In this document: positions 1 through 8,212 of the stretch, in pieces
Position numbering within the stretch: position 1 is the first letter of the stretch
Layout: each line of letters begins with the position of its first letter
Source of the DNA: an uncultured delta proteobacterium
Lineage (GTDB): Bacteria > Myxococcota > Myxococcia > Myxococcales > Myxococcaceae
Direction: 5' to 3'
NCBI GenBank assembly: GCA_963776345.1
Contig: CAVZMH010000014.1
Location: 64,001-128,000, forward strand
Length of the DNA stretch: 64,000 bases
The notes under the pieces: model-generated
What the model was told of the DNA's origin: nothing
What the model saw: only the letters and a program-made list of their open reading frames with translations
Databases searched by the model: none
Program-made: the position numbers and the translations under genes

Positions 1-1246
1 CGCCGAGCTGGACGCCCGCGGGCAAGAGCCCGGTCACCACCGCGGTGTCGAAGGTCAGGTAGCGGCGGGCCACCTGCCACACGGCGTCGGGCGTCAGCGC
101 GGCGACCCGGGCGTGGTACCGCTCCTCGGCCTCGAAGCCGCCGAGGCTCGTCTCGTAGTGCCCGAGCTTCCGGGCGAGGCCCTGCACTGTCTCCCGTGCG
201 TACACCGCCTCGCTCTCCACCAGCGCCTGGATGGTCGCCAGCTCCTCCGCGGAGGGAGGCGCCGCCACCAGCTGGGCCAGCGTGCGCAGCGTCTCGGTCA
301 GCGCCGGCCGGACCTTTTCGCCCGGGAGCGTCATTCCGACCCCGAACAGGCCCGGGTCCACCGGGGTGTAGGCGTAGGCGCTGATCTCGTTCACCAGGCG
401 TCCGGCCCGCTTCACCTGGCGGAAGAGCCGGCTGGTCTCCCCCTGCCCGGCGAGCATCGCCAGCACGTCCAGCGCCGGCACGTCCTCGTGGTTGGCGGCG
501 GGAATGGCGAACGAGACGTTGAGCCAGGCTTCCTTCGCCTCGTCCGGCGCCAGGTGGATGCGCCGGCCGGCGCGGGCCGGCTCGGGCGGTCGGTGGCGGC
601 CGGGCGCGCGCGGGCGTCTCCAGTCTCCGCCGAGCAGCTCCTCGGCCCAGGCGCGCACCGAGGCGAGCGGCACGTCGCCCACCGCCACCAGGGTCATCGC
701 CTCGGGGGTGTAGTGCCGCCGGTAGAAGTCCAGGATGCGCTCGCGGGTGGTGGCGCGCACGCTCTCCGGCGTCCCGAGCACCGGGAGCCGGTAGGGGTGC
801 ACCTGGTAGCTCTCGCGGAACAGGTCGCGCGAGGCGCGGCGGGCGGGGGTGTCCTCGGCACGCTTGATCTCCTCGACCACCACCTCGCACTCGCGGGCCA
901 GCTCGGTCGGGTCGAAGCGCGGGAAACGCACCGCGTCGGCGAGCACGTCGAGGCCCTCGCGCGCGAACTGGGCCGCCATCACCGTGTGGTAGACGGTGTG
1001 GTCAAACGAGGTCCAGGCGTTGACCTCGCCACCGTGGGCCTCGATGTCCCGGGCGATCTCCCCCGGGCCCCGGCGCTCGGTTCCCTTGAACAGCATGTGC
1101 TCGTGGAGGTGCGCCAGGCCGGCCTCGTCCGGGGACTCGTCGGCGCCGCCCACGTCGACCCAGATCTGCCAGGCGACGACGTGCGCCGCGCCCTGGTGCT
1201 CGTGGAGGACGGTGAGGCCGTTGTCGAGTCGGTGGCGGGTAGGCAT
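1..1246 (-). CDS. M16 (pitrilysin/insulinase) family zinc peptidase; 3' end runs off the window
   Basis: Manual translation from ATG at 1246 gives MPTRHRLDNGLTV...GLAHLHEHMLFKGT (HxxEH inverzincin motif) and NAWTSFDHTVY. Absent from the ORF track because it has no stop in the window. Confidence 0.93.
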   Translation of the reverse strand, partial: MPTRHRLDNGLTVLHEHQGAAHVVAWQIWVDVGGADESPDEAGLAHLHEHMLFKGTERRGPGEIARDIEAHGGEVNAWTSFDHTVYHTVMAAQFAREGLDVLADAVRFPRFDPTELARECEVVVEEIKRAEDTPARRASRDLFRESYQVHPYRLPVLGTPESVRATTRERILDFYRRHYTPEAMTLVAVGDVPLASVRAWAEELLGGDWRRPRAPGRHRPPEPARAGRRIHLAPDEAKEAWLNVSFAIPAANHEDVPALDVLAMLAGQGETSRLFRQVKRAGRLVNEISAYAYTPVDPGLFGVGMTLPGEKVRPALTETLRTLAQLVAAPPSAEELATIQALVESEAVYARETVQGLARKLGHYETSLGGFEAEERYHARVAALTPDAVWQVARRYLTFDTAVVTGLLPAGVQLG

Positions 1247-1295
1247 GTGGGATGGGCCTTTGGGGCGAAGGACAGGTAGTCTGCCCTGACACGCG

Positions 1296-3602
1296 ATGCC
1301 CGGCGCACCGGAAGACGTCAACCCTCTTCAGGACTTGGACTTCGGGGACGAACCCCTCGCCCCGAAGCCGCCGGCCGCCGCGTCCCCCCGCCGTGCCCCC
1401 CCGCCCCCGCAGCAGGCGGCCTCGGCGGGCTCCCCCGCGCCCCCGCCGCTCCCCCGGAGGTCCTCGGGGAACAAGCCGTCGAGCGCCCCGGCCGCGGCCC
1501 AGCCCGGCGCCCCCACCGGCGGCCTGGTGCCCGTGGCCCAGGTCCCCCCGGCCGTCCCGAGGCCCTCGGGGGACCCCTTCCAGGAAGGGCCCGAGCCGCG
1601 CCCGCCCCGGGGCATCGCCCTCGACGAGAAGCTCGAGTACTTCCGCTCCGTCCTCAAGCTGAAGGAGGAGACGCTCGTCCGGGCGCGCGCGGTCTACGAG
1701 CAGCGAGATCTAGAGGCGGCCCGGCTGCGCGAGGTGGCCGTCGCCCTGAAGGCGCAGCTCGACGAGGTGCTCCCCCAGCTCGGGCAGCTCCGCTACCTCC
1801 CGGCCCGGCTCGAGCAGCTCCAGGCGGCGCTGGAGCAGGAGCGCGCCCGGGCCGACGCCGCCGAGGGCCAGGCCTCGAGCTTCGAGCAGCAGCTCGGCTC
1901 CAGCGAGGCCGACCGGCGGGACCTGGCCCGCGCCCTGGCCGAGGTGGAGGCCGAGCTGCCCGGGCTGAGGGGCTCGCTCGACGAGGAGAAGCTGGCCCGG
2001 GCCGCGGTGGCGGAGGAGCTGGCCACGGTCAAGGAGTCGCTCCAGGCCTCCGAGGAGAAGGCCCGCCAGCTCGAGGTGGAGAAGCTCGAGGCGATGGGCA
2101 GCCTCGACGCGGTCAACGGCCAGTACCACGAGATGGCCAGCGTGGCGGACCGGCTCGAGTCGGAGCGCGACCGGCTGGCCGAGGAGGTGAAGACCCTCAC
2201 CGCCGAGCGGGACGGCGCCAGCACCGAGAAGGACCTGGTGCGCGGGGAGCTGGAGTCGCTCACCGGCGAGGCCGACCAGCTCCGGGGCGACCTCCAGGCG
2301 GCCCGCGGCGCGCTGCACTCGCTCGAGCAGGAGCACGGGAGGAGCAAGGCCTCGGTCGTCGACTTCGAGGGCCGCGTCCGCTACCTCGAGAGCGAGCTGG
2401 CCGAGGCGCGCCAGCGGGCCCAGGCGCTCGAGGAGAGCGCGGCGCAGATGGCCGAGGCCTCCAGCGAGGAGCTGGCCGATGCGAGCGCCGCGCTGGCCGC
2501 GCTGAAGGGCGAGAAGGCCGCGCTGGAGAAGGAGGCCGGGGACCTCCCGCGGCTCCGGCAGGCGCTCGAGGCCCAGCTGGCGAGGGTCCGCGACCTCCAG
2601 ACACAGCTCGAGGAGTCCACCCGCCACGGCTCGCAGCTCCAGGACCAGCTCCACTCCCACTCCGAGGAATCGGCCGCGCTCAGGGGCGAGCTCGAGGCCT
2701 TCCAGTCGCAGATGCAGGCCGAGGAGCAGCGGGCCCGCGCCGAGCTGGACGAGGCGCTGGGGCGTGAAGGCCAGGCGCGGAAGACGCTGGAGACGAAGCT
2801 GGCCGAGCGGACCCAGCAGCTCCAGGCCGCCCAGAAGGCCGAGGCCGCCGCGCGGCAGGAGGGCGAATCGCGGGCCGAGCGGGTGAAGGCGCTCGAGCGG
2901 CAGCTCCAGGCCGAGGTGGAGAAGCGCACCCAGGCCGAGGCGAAGGGGGCCGACCTCCGCCGCACGCTCGACGAGTACCAGGGCGCGCACGACGAGAAGA
3001 GCTCGTTGCTGGAGACCCAGCGTCACCAGTCCAAGCAGCTCGAGGCGGCGCTCGGGGGCGAGGAGGAGAAGCGCAAGGGGCTGGAGAAGAAGCTCCAGAC
3101 GCTGGCGAAGGAGCTGGAGTCGGCGCGGTCGGGGGAGGAGAAGGCCCGGGCGCAGGCCACCCAGACCGGCGCGCAGGTGCAGAAGCTCCAGGACTCGCTC
3201 AAGGCCGAGCAGCAGAAGTCCACCTCGTTCCGCGAGCAGCTCAACGCGCAGCTCGCCGGCGGGTCCGAGGCCATCATCAGGAAGCTCACCGAGGAGCTGG
3301 AGCGGGTCCGGGCCGATGCGATGGCCCTGAAGAAGACCCGGGAGGAGCTGACCGACGCCAACCGCAAGGCCATGGAGGCCCAGGCATCCTTGACGAAGGA
3401 GAAGCGCGAGCGCGAGGCGTTGCAGGCGCGCGTCTCGGAGCCCCCGCCCAAGGGCGCGAGCAGCGACGAGGTGGAGAAGCTCCGCGCGGACGTGGCAAAG
3501 CTGAAGACCAAGCTGGTCGCGGCGGAGAACGCGGCCGAGGCGGCGGCCCTCCTGAAATCGAAGGTTGCAAGGCTCGAGGCCCAGCTGAAGAAGAAGGGCT
3601 GA
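1296..3602 (+). CDS. Long coiled-coil protein with Pro-rich N-terminus, function unknown
   Basis: 768 aa E/L/A/K/Q-rich heptad pattern over about 650 aa; strongly GC3-biased codons. Confidence 0.8.
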   Translation: MPGAPEDVNPLQDLDFGDEPLAPKPPAAASPRRAPPPPQQAASAGSPAPPPLPRRSSGNKPSSAPAAAQPGAPTGGLVPVAQVPPAVPRPSGDPFQEGPEPRPPRGIALDEKLEYFRSVLKLKEETLVRARAVYEQRDLEAARLREVAVALKAQLDEVLPQLGQLRYLPARLEQLQAALEQERARADAAEGQASSFEQQLGSSEADRRDLARALAEVEAELPGLRGSLDEEKLARAAVAEELATVKESLQASEEKARQLEVEKLEAMGSLDAVNGQYHEMASVADRLESERDRLAEEVKTLTAERDGASTEKDLVRGELESLTGEADQLRGDLQAARGALHSLEQEHGRSKASVVDFEGRVRYLESELAEARQRAQALEESAAQMAEASSEELADASAALAALKGEKAALEKEAGDLPRLRQALEAQLARVRDLQTQLEESTRHGSQLQDQLHSHSEESAALRGELEAFQSQMQAEEQRARAELDEALGREGQARKTLETKLAERTQQLQAAQKAEAAARQEGESRAERVKALERQLQAEVEKRTQAEAKGADLRRTLDEYQGAHDEKSSLLETQRHQSKQLEAALGGEEEKRKGLEKKLQTLAKELESARSGEEKARAQATQTGAQVQKLQDSLKAEQQKSTSFREQLNAQLAGGSEAIIRKLTEELERVRADAMALKKTREELTDANRKAMEAQASLTKEKREREALQARVSEPPPKGASSDEVEKLRADVAKLKTKLVAAENAAEAAALLKSKVARLEAQLKKKG

Positions 3603-3618
3603 AGGGCCGGACGCTCGG

Positions 3619-4347
3619 ATGGGCGCAGCTCCCCAGCACATCGGCATCGTCGCCTGCTCGGCGGAGGGCGCGGCCCTCTGCTACCGGACCGTCTGCACGG
3701 AGGCGCCGCGGCTCCTCGGTCGGTACGCCCACCCGGAGGTCTCGCTGCACGGGCAGTCGTTCGCCGACTATCAGGAGTGCATCGACCGGGACGACTGGGC
3801 GGGGGTCGCCGAGCTGATGCTCGCGTCGGCGCGGAAGCTCGCCGCCGCCGGAGCCCGGTTCCTCATCTGTCCGGACAACACGATTCACCGGGCGTTCCCG
3901 CAGCTCGAGGGGCGGTCGCCGCTTCCCTGGCTGCACATCGCGGAGGTGGTCGCCGCCGCCGCCGTCGAGCGCGGGTTCCGGCGGCTCGGGCTCACCGGGA
4001 CGCGGTGGCTGGTGGAGAGCGAGGTCTACCCGGAGAAGCTGGCCGCGCGCGGGCTCCAGTGGGTGCGGCCGGGCGCGGAGGACCGCCTCGAGATCAGCCG
4101 CATCATCATGGAGGAGCTGGTGAACGGCCGCTTCAGGCCCGAGGCCGTGGCCACGTTCCAGGCGGTCATCGGACGGCTCAAGGACGCCGGGTGCGACGCC
4201 GTGGTGCTGGGGTGCACCGAGATCCCCCTGATCATCGACGACGCCAGCTCGCCGCTCCCGACGCTGGATTCCACCCGGCTGCTCGCCCGCGCCGCGATCC
4301 ACCGGGCGATCGAGCCTGAGCCGGCCGGCGTGGCGGGGCGCGGGTAG
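3619..4347 (+). CDS. Aspartate/glutamate racemase family protein
   Basis: ICPDNTIH and VVLGCTEIP motifs matching the two-site racemase fold; DSTRLLA near the C-terminus. Confidence 0.9.
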   Translation: MGAAPQHIGIVACSAEGAALCYRTVCTEAPRLLGRYAHPEVSLHGQSFADYQECIDRDDWAGVAELMLASARKLAAAGARFLICPDNTIHRAFPQLEGRSPLPWLHIAEVVAAAAVERGFRRLGLTGTRWLVESEVYPEKLAARGLQWVRPGAEDRLEISRIIMEELVNGRFRPEAVATFQAVIGRLKDAGCDAVVLGCTEIPLIIDDASSPLPTLDSTRLLARAAIHRAIEPEPAGVAGRG

Positions 4348-4496
4348 CGGCGGGCGAGGCCGACCGGCCCCTGGGCAACGCCGGAGTCGGGGTCAACGTC
4401 GCCCTGCCGGTTCCGGGCGGCCTGCGCGAGTCCCAGCGCTCCGCCGCCTCCGCCGCGGGTCCTGCGCGCCTGCCGTCCGGGGGCCAGCGGGGGCGT

Positions 4497-4561
4497 GACT
4501 CGTCAGGAAACTCACCTGACTATTTCCGAGAAATAGACAGGGTACTTTCCTGACCAGTCCG
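4497..4561. repeat. Nested imperfect palindrome, copy 1 of 2 (other copy 46586-46650)
   Basis: GACT-cg-TCAGGAAA-ctca-CCTG-a-CTATTTC-cga-GAAATAG-a-CAGG-gtac-TTTCCTGA-cc-AGTC. Confidence 0.85.
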
Positions 4562-4629
4562 TGACTCGGGTGCGGACGGGGGAGGCACGCGGAGTCGCCG
4601 TCCGGGTCCCCCCGGTGTACAGGCCCTGC

Positions 4630-5820
4630 ATGGGAGTCGATCCGCTCACCGGGCTCGAGGTCGCTCGCTCCGGGCTGTACGTCCATTTCCCGTACTGCCT
4701 CCGGCGCTGCCCGTACTGCGACTTCACCATCGCCATCGCCCGCTCGGTGCCGGGGGCGCGCTACGCCGACGCGGTGCTGGCGGAGCTGCGCCTCCGGCTC
4801 GAGGAGCGCCCGGCGTGGGGCGAGCGACCGCTCGACTCGGTGTACCTCGGCGGAGGAACGCCCTCGCTCTGGGCCCCGGCGGACGTCGCCCGGGTGCTCC
4901 AGGGCATCGCCGCGGTCCTTCCGCTCGCGCCCGACGCCGAGGTGTCGCTCGAGGCCAACCCGGAAGTGTCCGACGCCGCGCGGCTCGCCGGGTACCGGGC
5001 CGCAGGGGTGAACCGGCTCTCGCTCGGCATCCAGTCGTTCGAGCCCGGGACGCTGGCGACGCTCGGACGCTCTCACTCGCCCTCCGAGGCAGAGGCGGCG
5101 TTCGGCGCGGCTCGGGCCGCCGGCTTCGAGAACGTCAGCGTGGACCTCATCCACGGCGTGCCCGGCCAGTCGCTCGCCCAGGCCGTGGAGGACGCGCGCC
5201 GGACCGTCACGCTCGTGCCCGAGCACGTCTCGTCGTACGTCCTCACCGTGGAGCGTGAGCACCTCGGGGCCGAGACGGTGTTCAGCCGCCGGCTTCGCCA
5301 GGGCCGGCTCGCGCTCCCGGACGATGCGGCGGTGGTGGAGATGGTCGACGCGGTCGGCGAGGTGCTCGCCGGGGCGGGGCTCGAGCGGTACGAGATCTCC
5401 AGCCACGCGGTGCCCGGCCGGCACTCGCGGCACAACGCGCTGTACTGGACCGGAGGAGAGTCGCTCGCCCTCGGCGCCGGGGCGGTGGGCTTCCACCGCG
5501 ATGGAACGGGTGGCGTGCGCACCACGAACCTCCGCAGCACGCCGCGTTGGCTCGAGGCGGTCGAGTCGGGCCGGCGGCCGGACGAGGATCGGGAGACGCT
5601 CGACGCGGAGGCGCTCTACGAAGAGCGGCTCCTGCTCGGGCTCCGGCTGCGCTCGGGGCTCGACCTGTCGGCGCTCTGGGCGGAGCACGCCGTCGCGCCC
5701 CGCGCCGCGGAGCTGGCGACGCTCATCCGCGACGGCTTCGTCGAGAGGGTCGACCACCGGGTCCGGCTCACCCCGCGCGGCGCCCACCTGCACCAGGAGA
5801 TCAGCGCCCGGCTGGTGTGA
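4630..5820 (+). CDS. hemW: Radical SAM heme chaperone HemW (HemN-like)
   Basis: LYVHFPYCLRRCPYCDF (CxxxCxxC), YLGGGTPS, YEISS and HNALYW (HNxxYW). Start placed at ATG 4630. Confidence 0.88.
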   Translation: MGVDPLTGLEVARSGLYVHFPYCLRRCPYCDFTIAIARSVPGARYADAVLAELRLRLEERPAWGERPLDSVYLGGGTPSLWAPADVARVLQGIAAVLPLAPDAEVSLEANPEVSDAARLAGYRAAGVNRLSLGIQSFEPGTLATLGRSHSPSEAEAAFGAARAAGFENVSVDLIHGVPGQSLAQAVEDARRTVTLVPEHVSSYVLTVEREHLGAETVFSRRLRQGRLALPDDAAVVEMVDAVGEVLAGAGLERYEISSHAVPGRHSRHNALYWTGGESLALGAGAVGFHRDGTGGVRTTNLRSTPRWLEAVESGRRPDEDRETLDAEALYEERLLLGLRLRSGLDLSALWAEHAVAPRAAELATLIRDGFVERVDHRVRLTPRGAHLHQEISARLV

Positions 5821-5907
5821 CGTCGCGGTGGAGCCGATGGGTGTGCATGCGGGTGCAACGGCGCGACTGTCGGACAGACGTGGCGAGCGCCAGGCTGCCC
5901 GGCCCCC

Positions 5908-7503
5908 GTGCTAGAAAGTCACTCCTTCGCTCCCGTGCAAGCGCCGCACTCCGTTGCCGAGGCCCTCGGCGAGCCCGCTCCCGGTGAGCGCCTCGCCGGT
6001 CCGCCAGGCGTCCCCGTCCAGATTGCGCCCGCCGCCGGCGCGCCGGGCACGCCCGCGCCGCTGGCGCACGAGACCGTCGAGTTCCGGCGGCTCCTGACCC
6101 GCGCCTTCCTCATCCCGGCGATCCTCCTCGCGTTGCTGGCGGTGGCGCTGGGCGGGGGCGTGGCGCTGCTCGTCCATCAGGCCCGGCTGACCCAGCGGTC
6201 GGACCAGGTGCTCGCCTATTCGGCCCTGCTCCGCGAGCTGCTGGTGGACCGGGAGACCGGCCTGCGCGGGTACCTCCTGTCCGGTGACCGGAGCTTCCTC
6301 GCCCCGCTCGAACGCGCCGACGGGAAGCTCACCGACACCTTGCGGCTGCTGCGGCTCCTCCTCCGCGAGAACCCGGACCAGCTGGCACGGCTGGACATCG
6401 TCGAGTCGATGGCCAGCGACTGGGCCAGCTACGCCGTGCGGGAGCGAGCGCTCTTCGAGACCGGCGAGGACTACATCCGCTACTTCAAGGCCGGTGAGGG
6501 CGTGCAGCGGCTCTCCAGCATGCTCGAGGTGCTCGACACCCTCGGCGAGAGCGAGCAGGCGAGGGGGCGCGAGCGCGCCGAGCAGGCGGCGCTCACCGGC
6601 CGGCTGCTCTTCTGGCTGTCGCTGGGGTGCGTGGGCACGCTGGCCCTGGTGCTCGGGTACGCCAGCCGCCGGCAGCTCCTGGCCCTGGCCCGGAGCCACG
6701 GCGAGGCGGTGACCGCGATGGAGGAGCGCGAGCAGGCCATCCGCGAGCTCAATGCCTCGCTCGAGGAGCGGGTCGCCGAGCGGACCCAGGCCCTCGCGGC
6801 GGTGAACGCCGAGCTGGAAGCGTTCACCTCCTCGGTGAGCCACGACCTGCGGGCGCCGCTGCGGCAGCTGGGCGGTTTCACCCGGCTGCTGGACGAGAGC
6901 GCCGGCTCACGGCTCGACGCCCGCGAGCGCAGTTACCTGACATTGCTCCGGAACACCGCGGCCGAGGCGGTGCAGATGGTCGACGACCTGCTCTCGTTCA
7001 GCCGGGTCAGCCGGGCCGAGCTGCGGAGCCGCGCGGTCGACCTGAACGCGGTGCTGCGGTCGGCGCGGGACGGTCTGCTGCACGAGCAGGAGGGTCGCGA
7101 GGTGGAGTGGGTGGTTCATTCGCTGCCCACGGTGCAGGGCGACCCGACGATGCTGCTGCTGGTGCTGCGAAATCTCCTGGGCAACGCGCTCAAGTACACC
7201 CGGGAGCGCCGGTCCGCGCGCATCGAGGTGGGCACGGTGAACGTCCCCGGCGCCGAGGACATCGTCTACGTCCGGGACAACGGGGTGGGCTTCGACATGA
7301 AGTACGCCCACAAGCTCTTCGGCGTGTTCCAGCGGCTGCACCGGGCCGACCAGTTCGAGGGCAGCGGCATCGGGCTGGCGCACGTCCGGCGCATCGTCCA
7401 GCGGCACGGCGGCCGGGTGTGGGGCGTGGGCGTGCCGGACCAGGGCGCGACGTTCTACGTGGCGCTGCCCCGGCGCGGGCAACCGGGCGAGATCGCGATC
7501 TGA
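5908..7503 (+). CDS. CHASE3-domain sensor histidine kinase
   Basis: Two TM segments around ETGLRGYLL (CHASE3); H-box SHDLRAPL, NALKYT, DNGVGFD, GSGIGLA. Start uncertain. Confidence 0.92.
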   Translation: MLESHSFAPVQAPHSVAEALGEPAPGERLAGPPGVPVQIAPAAGAPGTPAPLAHETVEFRRLLTRAFLIPAILLALLAVALGGGVALLVHQARLTQRSDQVLAYSALLRELLVDRETGLRGYLLSGDRSFLAPLERADGKLTDTLRLLRLLLRENPDQLARLDIVESMASDWASYAVRERALFETGEDYIRYFKAGEGVQRLSSMLEVLDTLGESEQARGRERAEQAALTGRLLFWLSLGCVGTLALVLGYASRRQLLALARSHGEAVTAMEEREQAIRELNASLEERVAERTQALAAVNAELEAFTSSVSHDLRAPLRQLGGFTRLLDESAGSRLDARERSYLTLLRNTAAEAVQMVDDLLSFSRVSRAELRSRAVDLNAVLRSARDGLLHEQEGREVEWVVHSLPTVQGDPTMLLLVLRNLLGNALKYTRERRSARIEVGTVNVPGAEDIVYVRDNGVGFDMKYAHKLFGVFQRLHRADQFEGSGIGLAHVRRIVQRHGGRVWGVGVPDQGATFYVALPRRGQPGEIAI

Positions 7504-7576
7504 GCGTTCGGCGGGCGCTCCCATCGAGCGCCGGTCCGTGCCTAGTCTCCTCGCTCCCGGTCGCGCTGGAGGGCTC

Positions 7577-8044
7577 ATGGCCGAAGCGAAGGTCGTCGCG
7601 CGCTGGCGCAGCTGGGCCCCCCGGCTGCTGAGCGTTCTCCGCATCGTCGCCGCGTTCGTCTTCATCCAGTTCGGGACGGCGAAGCTCTTCGCCTTTCCGG
7701 GCCCGCTGGTGCATGGCGGAGGCCCCGTGCCCCTCGGCTCGCTCTGGGGCATCGCCGGCGTCCTGGAGACCGTCGGTGGGGCGCTGCTGCTGGTCGGGCT
7801 CTTCACCCGCCCCGTGGCCTTCCTCCTCTCCGGGGAGATGGCCGTCGCCTACTTCCACGGTCATGCGCCGAACGGCTTCTGGCCGGTGCTGAACGGGGGA
7901 CACCCGGCGGTCCTGTTCTGCTTCGTCTGGCTCTACGTCTCGGCCGCCGGCGCCGGGCCGTGGAGCCTGGACGCCCTCCGCCGCCGTCCGGACGGAGCAG
8001 CCGCGGAGGGTCGTCCCGGAGGCGGCCCTCCCGGAGGCGTCTGA
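7577..8044 (+). CDS. DoxX family membrane protein
   Basis: LSVLRIV, GLFTRPVAFLLSGEMAVAYF, GAGPWSLD; GGAGG upstream of ATG 7577. Confidence 0.9.
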   Translation: MAEAKVVARWRSWAPRLLSVLRIVAAFVFIQFGTAKLFAFPGPLVHGGGPVPLGSLWGIAGVLETVGGALLLVGLFTRPVAFLLSGEMAVAYFHGHAPNGFWPVLNGGHPAVLFCFVWLYVSAAGAGPWSLDALRRRPDGAAAEGRPGGGPPGGV

Positions 8045-8136
8045 GAGCTCCGACGACCCCAGGGCGTGGTCGGCGACGGGACCCGTGCTCGGCTGAGGGG
8101 CAGCACCACGAAGGCCAGCAGCAGCCACACCAGCCG

Positions 8137-8159
8137 GTAACGAGGTGTTTGGCACCTCG
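8137..8159 (+). repeat. REP-like hairpin, single perfect copy
   Basis: GTAA CGAGGTG TTTGG CACCTCG (7-bp stem, 5-nt loop) between convergent genes. Confidence 0.9.
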
Positions 8160-8212
8160 GGCCGGCACCTCGGGCCAGCGACCGGTCGGGCCCGCCTCCC
8201 CCGGCCTGCGCT

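Noticed and set aside
1296..3602. Coiled-coil protein as SMC or AglZ
   Set aside because: No Walker motifs, hinge or receiver domain are visible.
4503..4553. Nested palindrome as an integron attC site or a rho-independent terminator
   Set aside because: No RYYYAAC...GTTRRRY ends, no integrase, and no U-tract after the stem.
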